A stretch of 64,000 bases of DNA, from NCBI GenBank assembly GCA_001767855.1, contig MEMF01000002.1, positions 808,893 through 872,892 on the forward strand. Reading direction: 5' to 3'. Made by a program: the position numbers and the translations under genes. Position 1 is the first letter of the stretch, and each line of letters begins with the position of its first letter. This stretch comes from Alphaproteobacteria bacterium RIFCSPHIGHO2_01_FULL_41_14. Lineage in GTDB: Bacteria > Pseudomonadota > Alphaproteobacteria > UBA7879 > UBA5542. A model generated the notes under the pieces. The model searched no databases and was not told where the DNA came from. It worked only from the letters and a program-made list of their open reading frames with translations. Of the stretch, positions 30,725 to 39,254 are shown piece by piece.

Positions 30725-32410
30725 ATGAACACAAGAAATACTAAAATACTCGTCACGTTTATCCGCACACTCTCTCAAAGAGCCATCATGCTTTTGATAA
30801 CCCTTTTCTTTATCTGTGGCGCAGGCATCTCGTGCCACGCCGCCGCCCAAAGAGAAGACCTAGAGTCTATTCGGACAGAAGTCATCCTCATAAAGCAGTC
30901 TATGAGCAGGTTCTATCAAGACCAATTGGCGGCGGTTCAATCTTTAGATGTGAGATTACTCAAAATGTCCGATGCAGAGGTAGTTGAGTTCTATGTGAAC
31001 AATATGCACGATTCTTCCCTTTCCCTGCCTTCCCCCAAACGAATAAAAGAGAAAATGAAGGAAATGATTGAGGGCAATAAAAATGTCTATCAACAGAATT
31101 TAATAAGAAATCAAGGACTCATTGATTGTTTAAAAAGCGCAAAAGAAGACGCCCTTAAACGGATTGCCAGAGATGGAATAAACGAACTGCTGCAGGTGCT
31201 GCAAGCTAGACAGACGAACCAAGCCATTCCTAAAACAATCCCAGAACTGATGAAGCTTTATCCCAAAGAAAGACAACAAATGGCAGAAAGGGCCATCATC
31301 ATCCGCGCTGATGAATCAGCCATGATCAAGCTTCTTTCTCGCACGCTCACCCCTGCTGAGCTAAACCACGAGTTCTCCCCTTTAGTCATAAATCAAGACT
31401 TCGGAGGATATTTTACTGTCCTGCATGCTTATTTCCTCGACTTGGTGGAAAATCCTCCTCTCCCAGATCATTGGATATATCGGGTCAATGAATTTAACAA
31501 AAAAGAGAGTTTGAGTTTGGTAACCTATCTCAAGAGAGTTAAGGGGACTATGGAGGAAACCAGTCCTCGAACCCGAAGGATTCAAGAACGATTAACATCA
31601 ATTTATACCCTTATTAAAGAACTAGGCTCTCTTCAAAGTCTGAAAGAGACAGAAGAACAGGCAGTGCAAAGTCTTGAGCTCTATCAACGAGGAAAGCTAT
31701 GCCCCGGAGATTGGAGAACAGAAAAAGCAGTGTCTGTGCTAGAAACGACACTGTTGGATGAAATGCTTGACGAAGTGATAGAGGAGCATGAAGAAAAAGC
31801 TGCCAAAAAGATAGCTGCTAATAGAAAGAAAAAAGAACGACAAAAAAAGGCTAAAGCAGCCGCGAAAAACCTTCCGAGTTTATCTCCTTTCGTTGACACC
31901 CCACCCGACACAGAGGCTGTCCCTGCCGCTGACTCGATCTCTTCACCTCCCTCTCCTCAAAGACAAATTTCTGAAGGAACTCAAACATCAATCGAAGAAG
32001 GAATGGCCGCCTTCGCAGCTGAGTTAGAGTCTTACAAAGGAAAAAAGAAACAATCCTCCCCGCCCCCCGTTGCCGCTGCAGCAGAAACAACATCTTCGCA
32101 GAAGATCTTCCTAAAGCCAGGCGTGTACGAGGCTATGCAATATTTCTGGGAGCAACCCACGATGGAATGGGACACTTTTTTAACACTCATGACAAATCCT
32201 AAGATAGGATTTCGTCTGAAATCTAACGGTGGAAGCGCCTACAGCTTTTCCTACACAGAAGCCCGTCATGGTCAGAACGGAAAGTTTAATGTTCATAAGC
32301 CTCATGGTGTATTTGGTACAATGCTTGGCATTAACGCCATTCGATATGTGCGAAGAGAATTACGTGAGAATTTGAACTGGTCTCTTGAGTCCTTCGCGGC
32401 CTTGGTCTAA
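30725..32410 (+). CDS. Exported helical protein with C-terminal HicA-like domain (start 30725 or 30788)
   Basis: Signal LLITLFFICGAGISCHAAA; basic stretch RKKKERQKK; C-terminal MEWDTFLTLM..IGF..GGS..HKPH..VRREL. Confidence 0.75.
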   Translation: MNTRNTKILVTFIRTLSQRAIMLLITLFFICGAGISCHAAAQREDLESIRTEVILIKQSMSRFYQDQLAAVQSLDVRLLKMSDAEVVEFYVNNMHDSSLSLPSPKRIKEKMKEMIEGNKNVYQQNLIRNQGLIDCLKSAKEDALKRIARDGINELLQVLQARQTNQAIPKTIPELMKLYPKERQQMAERAIIIRADESAMIKLLSRTLTPAELNHEFSPLVINQDFGGYFTVLHAYFLDLVENPPLPDHWIYRVNEFNKKESLSLVTYLKRVKGTMEETSPRTRRIQERLTSIYTLIKELGSLQSLKETEEQAVQSLELYQRGKLCPGDWRTEKAVSVLETTLLDEMLDEVIEEHEEKAAKKIAANRKKKERQKKAKAAAKNLPSLSPFVDTPPDTEAVPAADSISSPPSPQRQISEGTQTSIEEGMAAFAAELESYKGKKKQSSPPPVAAAAETTSSQKIFLKPGVYEAMQYFWEQPTMEWDTFLTLMTNPKIGFRLKSNGGSAYSFSYTEARHGQNGKFNVHKPHGVFGTMLGINAIRYVRRELRENLNWSLESFAALV

Positions 32411-32468
32411 CTAACTAGGACCACCCCTCAAAAATGATTTGTTAAATAGCTTATATCTACTGCATCAT

Positions 32469-32633
32469 ATGTACAAAAATAGGAGGTACATGGGATATGT
32501 TACAGATAAATATAACGAGGAGATAAAGGCTAATATGGTTTCCCTCAGAACAAATAGACTTTCTACCCCGCAGAAAATAAACGTCTTAGAAGGGATACTA
32601 GAGGAGAATTGGCAGCAGCCCGTCCTTCGGTGA
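32469..32633 (+). CDS. Possible small protein downstream of the HicA-like gene
   Basis: Short ORF; AGGAGG precedes an in-frame ATG at 32490; may be a remnant. Confidence 0.3.
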   Translation: MYKNRRYMGYVTDKYNEEIKANMVSLRTNRLSTPQKINVLEGILEENWQQPVLR

Positions 32634-32769
32634 CTTCTTTTCTCTGGACCCTTCGCTGACACCCTGGTGACGAGAAGAGGCAGCATCAGGGTGACGGGGG
32701 AAACCAATCAAGTTTCCCTTGACATCCTCCTCTTTAGGATAAACAATTAAACAAAAACAGCGGGGCAAA

Positions 32770-33903
32770 ATGGATAAATTATCCATAAAAACAATTGCCA
32801 AAATTCTTTTGAAAGGGGTGTTTTTAACCTTATTGTTCACCCCCATGGGGGAAGGCGCAGAAGCTCCCTTCCCAAATCCCCACAAGGCACACAGAACGCT
32901 CCGTCACTCAAAATGGATACAACCAAGAATCGGAACAACGGAGTATAAAACAGCTTTATATGAACGGTTTCCGATCATTCAAACCACAGGCATAAAAGGA
33001 GACCTTACCTCCGAGAAACTAAAAGAATGGTTGGAAAGAGCCCGCTTAATCAATCCTAAGTTTTTTCAGCATCCCAATTGTTTGACCATTACAAAGGGAA
33101 AAAGGGGGGCATCAACAAAAAAACTTTTCCTGGTAAAGGTTAACCCTAACTGTCCAGAAGCTGGCCCCTCTAATCTTGTCTTGATTATTAAAGAACTCCC
33201 CTCAAAGCTGGCCAAATGGGATACAGAAATGAGCAATTTAAGTATCCTCCAAAAATATCCCAAGTTAAGAGCCCTTGGAAAACCTAGAGATTCTTCCCTC
33301 CCTCAACTGACATTTGTAGAAGATTTCCTGAGCTATCAAGATGGGAAAGGACATCAAAACTACTTAACCTTAATCCACGCTGCCAAAGGAGAAAGTCTTG
33401 AGGAGATGGTCACGAAAGATCCTCAAGGTCCAGAAACCCTTGGCGCTTTTAAAAAGCTTGGGGAAGTTCTGGCGAATTTTCAGAAAAGATTCATGACTGG
33501 AAAAAATTGTTTGCTGAAAGGTGGCGATGATATTAACCAATGTTACACAATCAGTCATGAGGATCTTCATCCTGGAAATGTTTTTTTCGATCAAAAGACT
33601 GGTCTTATCTATTTTATTGATATGGAAACCATGAGACGTTCCTTAGAACGCAAACTGCCTTTACTAAAAGACGCTATCGATCTTTATTTCATTCCACAAT
33701 ATGATTGGAAGCTTCCTCATTATGACAAAGCATATAATGCCTTTTTCCGTGCTTATCTTGATCAGTTAAGCACAGACCCTGCCATCAGGCTCAAAATATG
33801 GACAGAGTTCAATGAGCAGAAATCGCGTAAAGCAGCTGAGCAAGCTCGTTCCAGGGAACTGTTAGAAAGAATTAAAAGCAGTTTGCCCCCTGGTAAGCTC
33901 TAG
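32770..33903 (+). CDS. Exported protein-kinase-like (APH/choline kinase fold) phosphotransferase
   Basis: GKRGASTKKLFLV, LIIKEL, HEDLHPGNVFF, YFIDME; signal-like N-terminus. Confidence 0.8.
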   Translation: MDKLSIKTIAKILLKGVFLTLLFTPMGEGAEAPFPNPHKAHRTLRHSKWIQPRIGTTEYKTALYERFPIIQTTGIKGDLTSEKLKEWLERARLINPKFFQHPNCLTITKGKRGASTKKLFLVKVNPNCPEAGPSNLVLIIKELPSKLAKWDTEMSNLSILQKYPKLRALGKPRDSSLPQLTFVEDFLSYQDGKGHQNYLTLIHAAKGESLEEMVTKDPQGPETLGAFKKLGEVLANFQKRFMTGKNCLLKGGDDINQCYTISHEDLHPGNVFFDQKTGLIYFIDMETMRRSLERKLPLLKDAIDLYFIPQYDWKLPHYDKAYNAFFRAYLDQLSTDPAIRLKIWTEFNEQKSRKAAEQARSRELLERIKSSLPPGKL

Positions 33904-33986
33904 AGAACTCTCATTCAAAGTGAGGGCAAAGAAATATTGAGGGTGAGAAAATCTGATGGCTGAATTCCGATGCACCCCTACTAATT

Positions 33987-34007
33987 CAGCGGCTGTTCGA
34001 GCCGCTG
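33987..34007. terminator. GC-rich hairpin between convergent genes
   Basis: CAGCGGCT-GTTCG-AGCCGCTG, perfect 8-bp stem, no clear U-tract. Confidence 0.45.
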
Positions 34008-34014
34008 CTCTTGA

Positions 34015-34806
34015 CTATACTACTAAATGAGTTTTCCTATACTTAATTAGCAATCCCTTAAGTCTTTCAGCGAACACATCATTATAGGCTCTCCGGGCTT
34101 GAAACAAGGCATTCGTCACTCTGTCTATAACCTTCCCTCGCTCCGCTTGGGGAAGCTTCGAAAAGGCTCCGAGAGAAGGAAAATTTGCCTCCTCTTGGAA
34201 GGTTCTTTCCCCCCCGCTTTCGGGGGATATCTGTTTTTTCCCTTCTAGTTCTTCATCTGTTTCTGAGAGTGGCTCTGCCTCAGTCACGGAGAAAGATACC
34301 CGTCGTTTTCTCTTTTTATCATTGACACACATACACTCTTCTTGTGTTGTCATTCCCACTCTTATTCCATTCTGCTCTTGCTCTGGTTCCCTCGAGGGGG
34401 AGATCTTTGCTGGGGCAAGACACTTGGTTTTCTCCAAATCCTCAGCTGAAGCGCTTTCTGCTTTCTTTTTCTTTCCTAGAGAGTATCTGAGAGCTTCGAC
34501 GTGCGCGTCTAGTCGAACTGCTTGTAATAATTGTGCTGTCTCTCTCGAAGGAGATCCGCACATTCTTTTTTGTTTCTTCTGAAGCACGGGAGGAGAACCC
34601 ATAAGGCCATTGTCCTCAGGGTGCCTCCCTTCTTCAAAAACCCTTGGGCTTATGGGTTGGCGGCAGTGTATCATCGCCGGCATTCCAATAACAGACATAG
34701 CCCCCTCCTGCAAATCCTCTCGAGCGGGATGCTCCTTGGAGGCCCCAAAAACCGTGATACTCATCAGTCCCGCCCATACGGGCAGCATCATTTTGAACAG
34801 AGTCAT
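34015..34806 (-). CDS. Hypothetical exported, likely disordered protein with KKRKRRVSF motif (start likely 34806)
   Basis: Signal MTLFKMMLPVWAGLMSITVFGAS; charged, SP-rich mature region. Confidence 0.7.
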   Translation of the reverse strand: MTLFKMMLPVWAGLMSITVFGASKEHPAREDLQEGAMSVIGMPAMIHCRQPISPRVFEEGRHPEDNGLMGSPPVLQKKQKRMCGSPSRETAQLLQAVRLDAHVEALRYSLGKKKKAESASAEDLEKTKCLAPAKISPSREPEQEQNGIRVGMTTQEECMCVNDKKRKRRVSFSVTEAEPLSETDEELEGKKQISPESGGERTFQEEANFPSLGAFSKLPQAERGKVIDRVTNALFQARRAYNDVFAERLKGLLIKYRKTHLVV

Positions 34807-34975
34807 TTGTTGTCTTTCATCTATTGAAACAAAGTTAAGTCTCTTGTTTGTATAAGAAAGAACGCAAGTAAAAACAAGAGATAATAAAAATTGTTCCAAG
34901 AAAATTTCTCAAGACAGAGTCTCCCCCAAATCCTCCGTGATTTTCTTCTCTAATTGAGAGCCTCAGCGAAAATTC

Positions 34976-35005
34976 TTGACCTTTTTCAAGGAAACACTGT
35001 AAAAA
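34976..35005 (+). promoter_or_regulatory. Possible sigma70 promoter for tRNA-His/mtaB/ftsY
   Basis: TTGACC-N18-TAAAAA just upstream of the tRNA. Confidence 0.35.
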
Positions 35006-35015
35006 GACAGTTCGT

Positions 35016-35093
35016 GGCGGGTGTAGCTCAGGTGGTTAGAGCGCCAGTTTGTGGTACTGGATGCCGTGGGTTCAAGTCCCATCACTCGCCCCA
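35016..35093 (+). tRNA. tRNA-His (GTG) with encoded G-1, C73 and CCA
   Basis: Acceptor GCGGGTG/CACTCGC, anticodon arm CCAGT-TTGTGGT-ACTGG, GGTTCAAGTCC T-arm. Confidence 0.95.
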
Positions 35094-35122
35094 TTTATCT
35101 TGAGTCATAGACGTATACATTC

Positions 35123-36367
35123 ATGAGTAAAAACAAGGTTATCACCTTTGGGTGTCGTTTAAACATCTACGAATCACAAGTGATGATGAACCTGGCAGAA
35201 GAAGCCGGTTTGGAAAATACTACCATTGTGAACACCTGTGCAGTCACAGCCGAGGCCGAGCGCCAAGCGGTGCAAAAAATTCGGCGCCTTCATCGGGAAA
35301 ACCCAGATCAAAAAATTATCGTGACCGGGTGCGCAGCCCAAATCAACCCGCAGAAATTCTCTGTCCTCCAAGGGGTGACTAAAGTTCTCGGGAACCAGGA
35401 AAAAATGAAGCGCAGCAGCTTTCTAGACTCTCCCGAAAAAGTTTTGGTGAATGACATTATGTCGGTCACTGAAACCGCGACCCACATGATCAGTGGGTTT
35501 GATTCTAAAACCCGCGCCTTCATCGAGATCCAAAATGGGTGCAACCATCGGTGTACCTTTTGCGCCATTCCCTTTGGGCGTGGCAATAGCCGCAGCGTGC
35601 CGCTCGGCATGATTGTGGATCAAGTTCAACTTCTGGTCGAACACGGCATCCACGAAGTTATCCTCACAGGGGTGGATATCACCTCCTACGGGGAAGATCT
35701 GCCACTTGAGATAACGCTCTCTAAAATGATTCGTCGCTTGCTAATGAATGTGCCCGGGCTCAAGCGCCTCCGCCTTTCCTCCATCGATCCGGTGGAGTTT
35801 GATGACGACCTCTTTCAACTTTTTGCCACCGAGCCTCGCCTGTTGCCCCACCTCCACATCAGCCTCCAAGCGGGGGATGATCTGATTTTAAAACGCATGA
35901 AACGTCGCCATCTTCGGCAAGACGTGATTGATTTTTGCGCCAAAATGCGTGAGCTGCGGCCTGATGTAGTGTTTGGCTGCGATATCATTGCTGGATTCCC
36001 CACCGAAACGGAAACCATGTTCCAGAACTCCCTCGCCCTCATTACGGAGTGCGACATTACCTATCTCCACGTCTTTCCCTATTCCCCTCGTCCCGACACA
36101 CCCGCCGCTCGCATGCCTCAAGTGGACCGCGCCGTGATCAAAGAACGCGCCAAACGCCTGCGCGATCTGGGTGACATGCAGCTGCACAAAACCTTTGAGC
36201 GGTTTGTAGGGAAAACCGTAGAGATTGTGGTGGAAAAAGACCACACCGGGCGCACGCCACACTTTTGTCCGGTTCAGCCAGATCAACAGCTTGACGCCGG
36301 TACCTTGACCACCGTCCGCCTCACCGGTCATACTAAGACTCATTTACGAGGAGAAGTGATTCTATGA
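35123..36367 (+). CDS. mtaB: tRNA threonylcarbamoyladenosine methylthiotransferase
   Basis: TFGCRLNIYES, NTCAVT, CNHRCTFC radical SAM motif, HVFPYSPR. Confidence 0.92.
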   Translation: MSKNKVITFGCRLNIYESQVMMNLAEEAGLENTTIVNTCAVTAEAERQAVQKIRRLHRENPDQKIIVTGCAAQINPQKFSVLQGVTKVLGNQEKMKRSSFLDSPEKVLVNDIMSVTETATHMISGFDSKTRAFIEIQNGCNHRCTFCAIPFGRGNSRSVPLGMIVDQVQLLVEHGIHEVILTGVDITSYGEDLPLEITLSKMIRRLLMNVPGLKRLRLSSIDPVEFDDDLFQLFATEPRLLPHLHISLQAGDDLILKRMKRRHLRQDVIDFCAKMRELRPDVVFGCDIIAGFPTETETMFQNSLALITECDITYLHVFPYSPRPDTPAARMPQVDRAVIKERAKRLRDLGDMQLHKTFERFVGKTVEIVVEKDHTGRTPHFCPVQPDQQLDAGTLTTVRLTGHTKTHLRGEVIL

Positions 36368-37305
36368 GTTGGTTTTCAAAACTAACCTCAAGACTGAAGA
36401 AAACATCCGAGACGCTCACCTCTAGCGTCACCAAAATTTTTACTCATAAAAAAATTGATGCCGCCACGCTCGAAGATTTGGAAGAGACGCTGATTCAGGC
36501 CGACCTCGGGGTTTCTGTTGCCACCAAAATTACGACCCGTCTCAGCAAAGAAAAAGTGGAGAAAGAAACCTCTGTCACAGAAATCCAAGAACTGATGGCC
36601 GATGAGATTGCCCAGATTCTGATCCCCTTTGAAAAAAAACTACCCCTCCTCTCTTCCAAAAAACCGTTTGTGATTCTCATGGCGGGTGTGAATGGCAGTG
36701 GAAAAACCACCACCTGTGCCAAGCTCGCCTATCAACTTCAAACCCAAGGGCTCTCTGTAGCCATCGCAGCTTGCGACACTTTTCGGGCGGCCGCCATTGA
36801 ACAATTGGAAGTGTGGGGCCATCGCCTCTCTATTCCCATCATTCGGCGAAATTTGGGCGCTGACCCCTCAGCCCTTGCCTTTGACGCCTATAAAGAGGCC
36901 GAGAAAAAAGGATATGATGTGTTATTAATCGACACCGCTGGCCGGTTACACACGAATCAAACCCTCATGGCTGAGTTGGAAAAGATACAACGAGTGCTCA
37001 AAAAAATTGACGCCCACTTGCCCCATGAATCTTTTTTGGTGTTGGATGCCACCATCGGGCAAAATGCCTTCATTCAAATAGAATCCTTTGGGAAGTCTGT
37101 TCCCTTGACGGGATTGGTCATCACAAAACTAGACGGCACCGCCCGGGGAGGCGTGGTGGTGGGGATCACGGAAAAATATCATCTGCCTCTTTATTATGTG
37201 GGCGTGGGTGAGTCAAAAGACGATCTCCAACCCTTCCACGCTGTTTCTTTTGCGCGCGCCATCGTGGGATTAGCCTCATCACGTCATGGTGCTGAGACGG
37301 TTTAA
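36364..37305 (+). CDS. ftsY: SRP receptor FtsY
   Basis: GVNGSGKTTT, DTFRAAAIEQL, DTAGRL, TKLDGTARGG. Confidence 0.97.
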   Translation: MSWFSKLTSRLKKTSETLTSSVTKIFTHKKIDAATLEDLEETLIQADLGVSVATKITTRLSKEKVEKETSVTEIQELMADEIAQILIPFEKKLPLLSSKKPFVILMAGVNGSGKTTTCAKLAYQLQTQGLSVAIAACDTFRAAAIEQLEVWGHRLSIPIIRRNLGADPSALAFDAYKEAEKKGYDVLLIDTAGRLHTNQTLMAELEKIQRVLKKIDAHLPHESFLVLDATIGQNAFIQIESFGKSVPLTGLVITKLDGTARGGVVVGITEKYHLPLYYVGVGESKDDLQPFHAVSFARAIVGLASSRHGAETV

Positions 37306-37863
37306 TAAATCCTTCACCGAATTGTTCAAAGAGTGGATCTGATCAGGTGGTAGTCTATCCATATGCTGAGAAATATAATTGAGAATAGCCGACGCATATG
37401 ACGCCTGTACGCGCACAACAGCACTGATGACATAAGGAGACATGTAGACCTCCCAGACACTCGCACTATTATTTTGGTTAATAAACATTATTTGCATATA
37501 GGGATTCGTTGAAATACTCCCTTTAATGGCAGCGATCGTCTGCACAGATGACATGGCAGCTGTGCCCAACAACATATTCACCACCCCATCGATGGTGGAG
37601 GAAACTCTTTTGGCATGCTCCGGATTTATAAGCTGCTGAGGATTTGCACCCTGTAAAGCGCTCATTTTTGCGATTAACGTGGAAATATTGGTTCTGAGCT
37701 CATTCGCCTCTGGCGAGTTGATGATAATCAGTGACGACACATTCCTTATGTCTTCATAGAGACCCGACAGACTTTCGCCTCCGTCAGCGCCTGATCCCCC
37801 CATTCCAAAAACGGTTGAAATACTCGTGGCTGTTAGAAAAATTGCTCTTATAAAAAAAGACAT
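37279..37863 (-). CDS. Hypothetical exported helical protein, tandem paralogue B
   Basis: Signal MSFFIRAIFLTATSISTVFG; clear similarity to 37894..38493. Confidence 0.8.
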   Translation of the reverse strand: MSFFIRAIFLTATSISTVFGMGGSGADGGESLSGLYEDIRNVSSLIIINSPEANELRTNISTLIAKMSALQGANPQQLINPEHAKRVSSTIDGVVNMLLGTAAMSSVQTIAAIKGSISTNPYMQIMFINQNNSASVWEVYMSPYVISAVVRVQASYASAILNYISQHMDRLPPDQIHSLNNSVKDLLNRLSTMT

Positions 37864-37893
37864 AAATATTCCCTGTGCTCCGTGGGACAGGCG

Positions 37894-38493
37894 TCAAGAA
37901 GGAATTGAGTTGAGGCGATTTAACAAAGCTTTAACGGAATTGTTCAAAGAATCGATCTCGCCTGGCTTTAATCTATTCATATGTTGAGAAATATAATTCA
38001 GGATAGCGGACGCATATGATGCCTGGATACGAATAAACGCCGTCAGGATTTGCGGATACATATAGGCTGTCCACACACTCACACCGTTATTCTGGTTCAT
38101 AAAGATGGCCTGCAGATACGGGTTATTTGAAAGAGCCCCTTGAATACCTTCCACCGTCTGCACAGACGAGAGCGCCGCTGTTCCGAGTAACATATTCACC
38201 ACCCCATCGATGGAGGCAGAAACTTGCTGCGCGTTCGTCGCACTCACAAGCTGGCCTGGGGTTGATCCCCCCAAAGCACTCAATTTACCCACCAACATGG
38301 AAATATTAGTTCGAAGCTCATTCGCCGCCGGCGAATTGGCATCCACTAAACCTGACACATTTGCCACATCTTGATACAAACCTGAAAGACTTCCGCCTGC
38401 GCCCGTGGCACCCCCAGCGCCTGATCCCCCCATTCCAAAAACAGTTGAAATACTTGCGACTGCTAGAAAAATTGCTCTCATAAAAAAGGACAT
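37894..38493 (-). CDS. Hypothetical exported helical protein, tandem paralogue A (start 38493)
   Basis: GGGGAG RBS; shares ANELRTNIS, IDGVVNMLLGTAA and QASYASAILNYISQHM with its neighbour. Confidence 0.8.
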   Translation of the reverse strand: MSFFMRAIFLAVASISTVFGMGGSGAGGATGAGGSLSGLYQDVANVSGLVDANSPAANELRTNISMLVGKLSALGGSTPGQLVSATNAQQVSASIDGVVNMLLGTAALSSVQTVEGIQGALSNNPYLQAIFMNQNNGVSVWTAYMYPQILTAFIRIQASYASAILNYISQHMNRLKPGEIDSLNNSVKALLNRLNSIPS

Positions 38494-38554
38494 GAATACT
38501 CCCCGCGCTTCGTTCGTTATCTTATCAAAGATCACAGAACACTCAAACAAAAAA

Positions 38555-39214
38555 CTAATGCAAAGTGCGTGTAATCAGCTTAAAGGCAAAATACACCATA
38601 TAAACCCCCATGACTCTGTTGACCCAACACCCTGATTTTTCTAAAGCTTTCTTGATAACGGACTGTGAGAAGACCAAAGATTGCAAGGAATACCACGTCA
38701 AAGAACTCAGAACCAACAATCCGCCATACATAAACTGGATGGAAAGAGGTGTCTCAGGCGCGACAGTCGCCGCCACGATACTGATAAAGACGAGAGAGGC
38801 AGACGGGCACAAAATATCGATGGTAAACCCCATGCGAAAGGCTTTCTTCGGCGTCATCTTTTTTAAGTGCGTAATATATTCATTGTCTTCTCCATTTGCA
38901 CTCACCAATCTCTTAGGGCTCAGCAACATTTTCACCCCCAAGTACGCGAGATACGCGCCGCCCGCATATTTAAGGGTGTTAAAGAGAAAGGGTGATTTGG
39001 AAATGAACGCCCCAAACCCCAAAAAACTATACGTTTTATGAATCATGGTGCTACACACAATGCCAAGCCCAGTATAAAAGCCGATACGCCGAGAATAATA
39101 GCTGCTGTTATGCACCATCAAGGCCGTCTCTGGCCCTGGACTGGTGAGATTCATCAGGTTTAGAAGAAAGAGATTAAAGAACTGGGTGATATAAAAATCC
39201 ATTTTTGTGGTCAC
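38555..39214 (-). CDS. LysE/RhtB-family exporter (start 39214 or 39202)
   Basis: SPGPE, LKYAGGAYLAYLGVKM, FRMGF. Confidence 0.88.
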   Translation of the reverse strand: MTTKMDFYITQFFNLFLLNLMNLTSPGPETALMVHNSSYYSRRIGFYTGLGIVCSTMIHKTYSFLGFGAFISKSPFLFNTLKYAGGAYLAYLGVKMLLSPKRLVSANGEDNEYITHLKKMTPKKAFRMGFTIDILCPSASLVFISIVAATVAPETPLSIQFMYGGLLVLSSLTWYSLQSLVFSQSVIKKALEKSGCWVNRVMGVYMVYFAFKLITRTLH

Positions 39215-39254
39215 ACCTATTGATGTTTTTGGGAAGTCGCCTTATAAAATAGCT

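Noticed and set aside
32469..32633. Small ORF as HicB antitoxin for the HicA-like domain
   Set aside because: Only a faint YxGY..Y.EE resemblance; too short and lacks the rest of the HicB pattern. An HHpred search would settle it
33941..33981. GATGCACCCCTAC and similar short motifs (about 24225-24238, 25396-25404) as a REP family
   Set aside because: Matches are too short and degenerate to support without a genome-wide count
29368..35093. Classical tRNA-integrated genomic island
   Set aside because: No integrase, no duplicated tRNA 3' end seen, and the cluster lies on the 5' side of the tRNA
37786..37803. MGGSGA after the signal peptide as a host N-myristoylation site
   Set aside because: Lacks Ser/Thr at the usual position 6 and the cleavage site is uncertain
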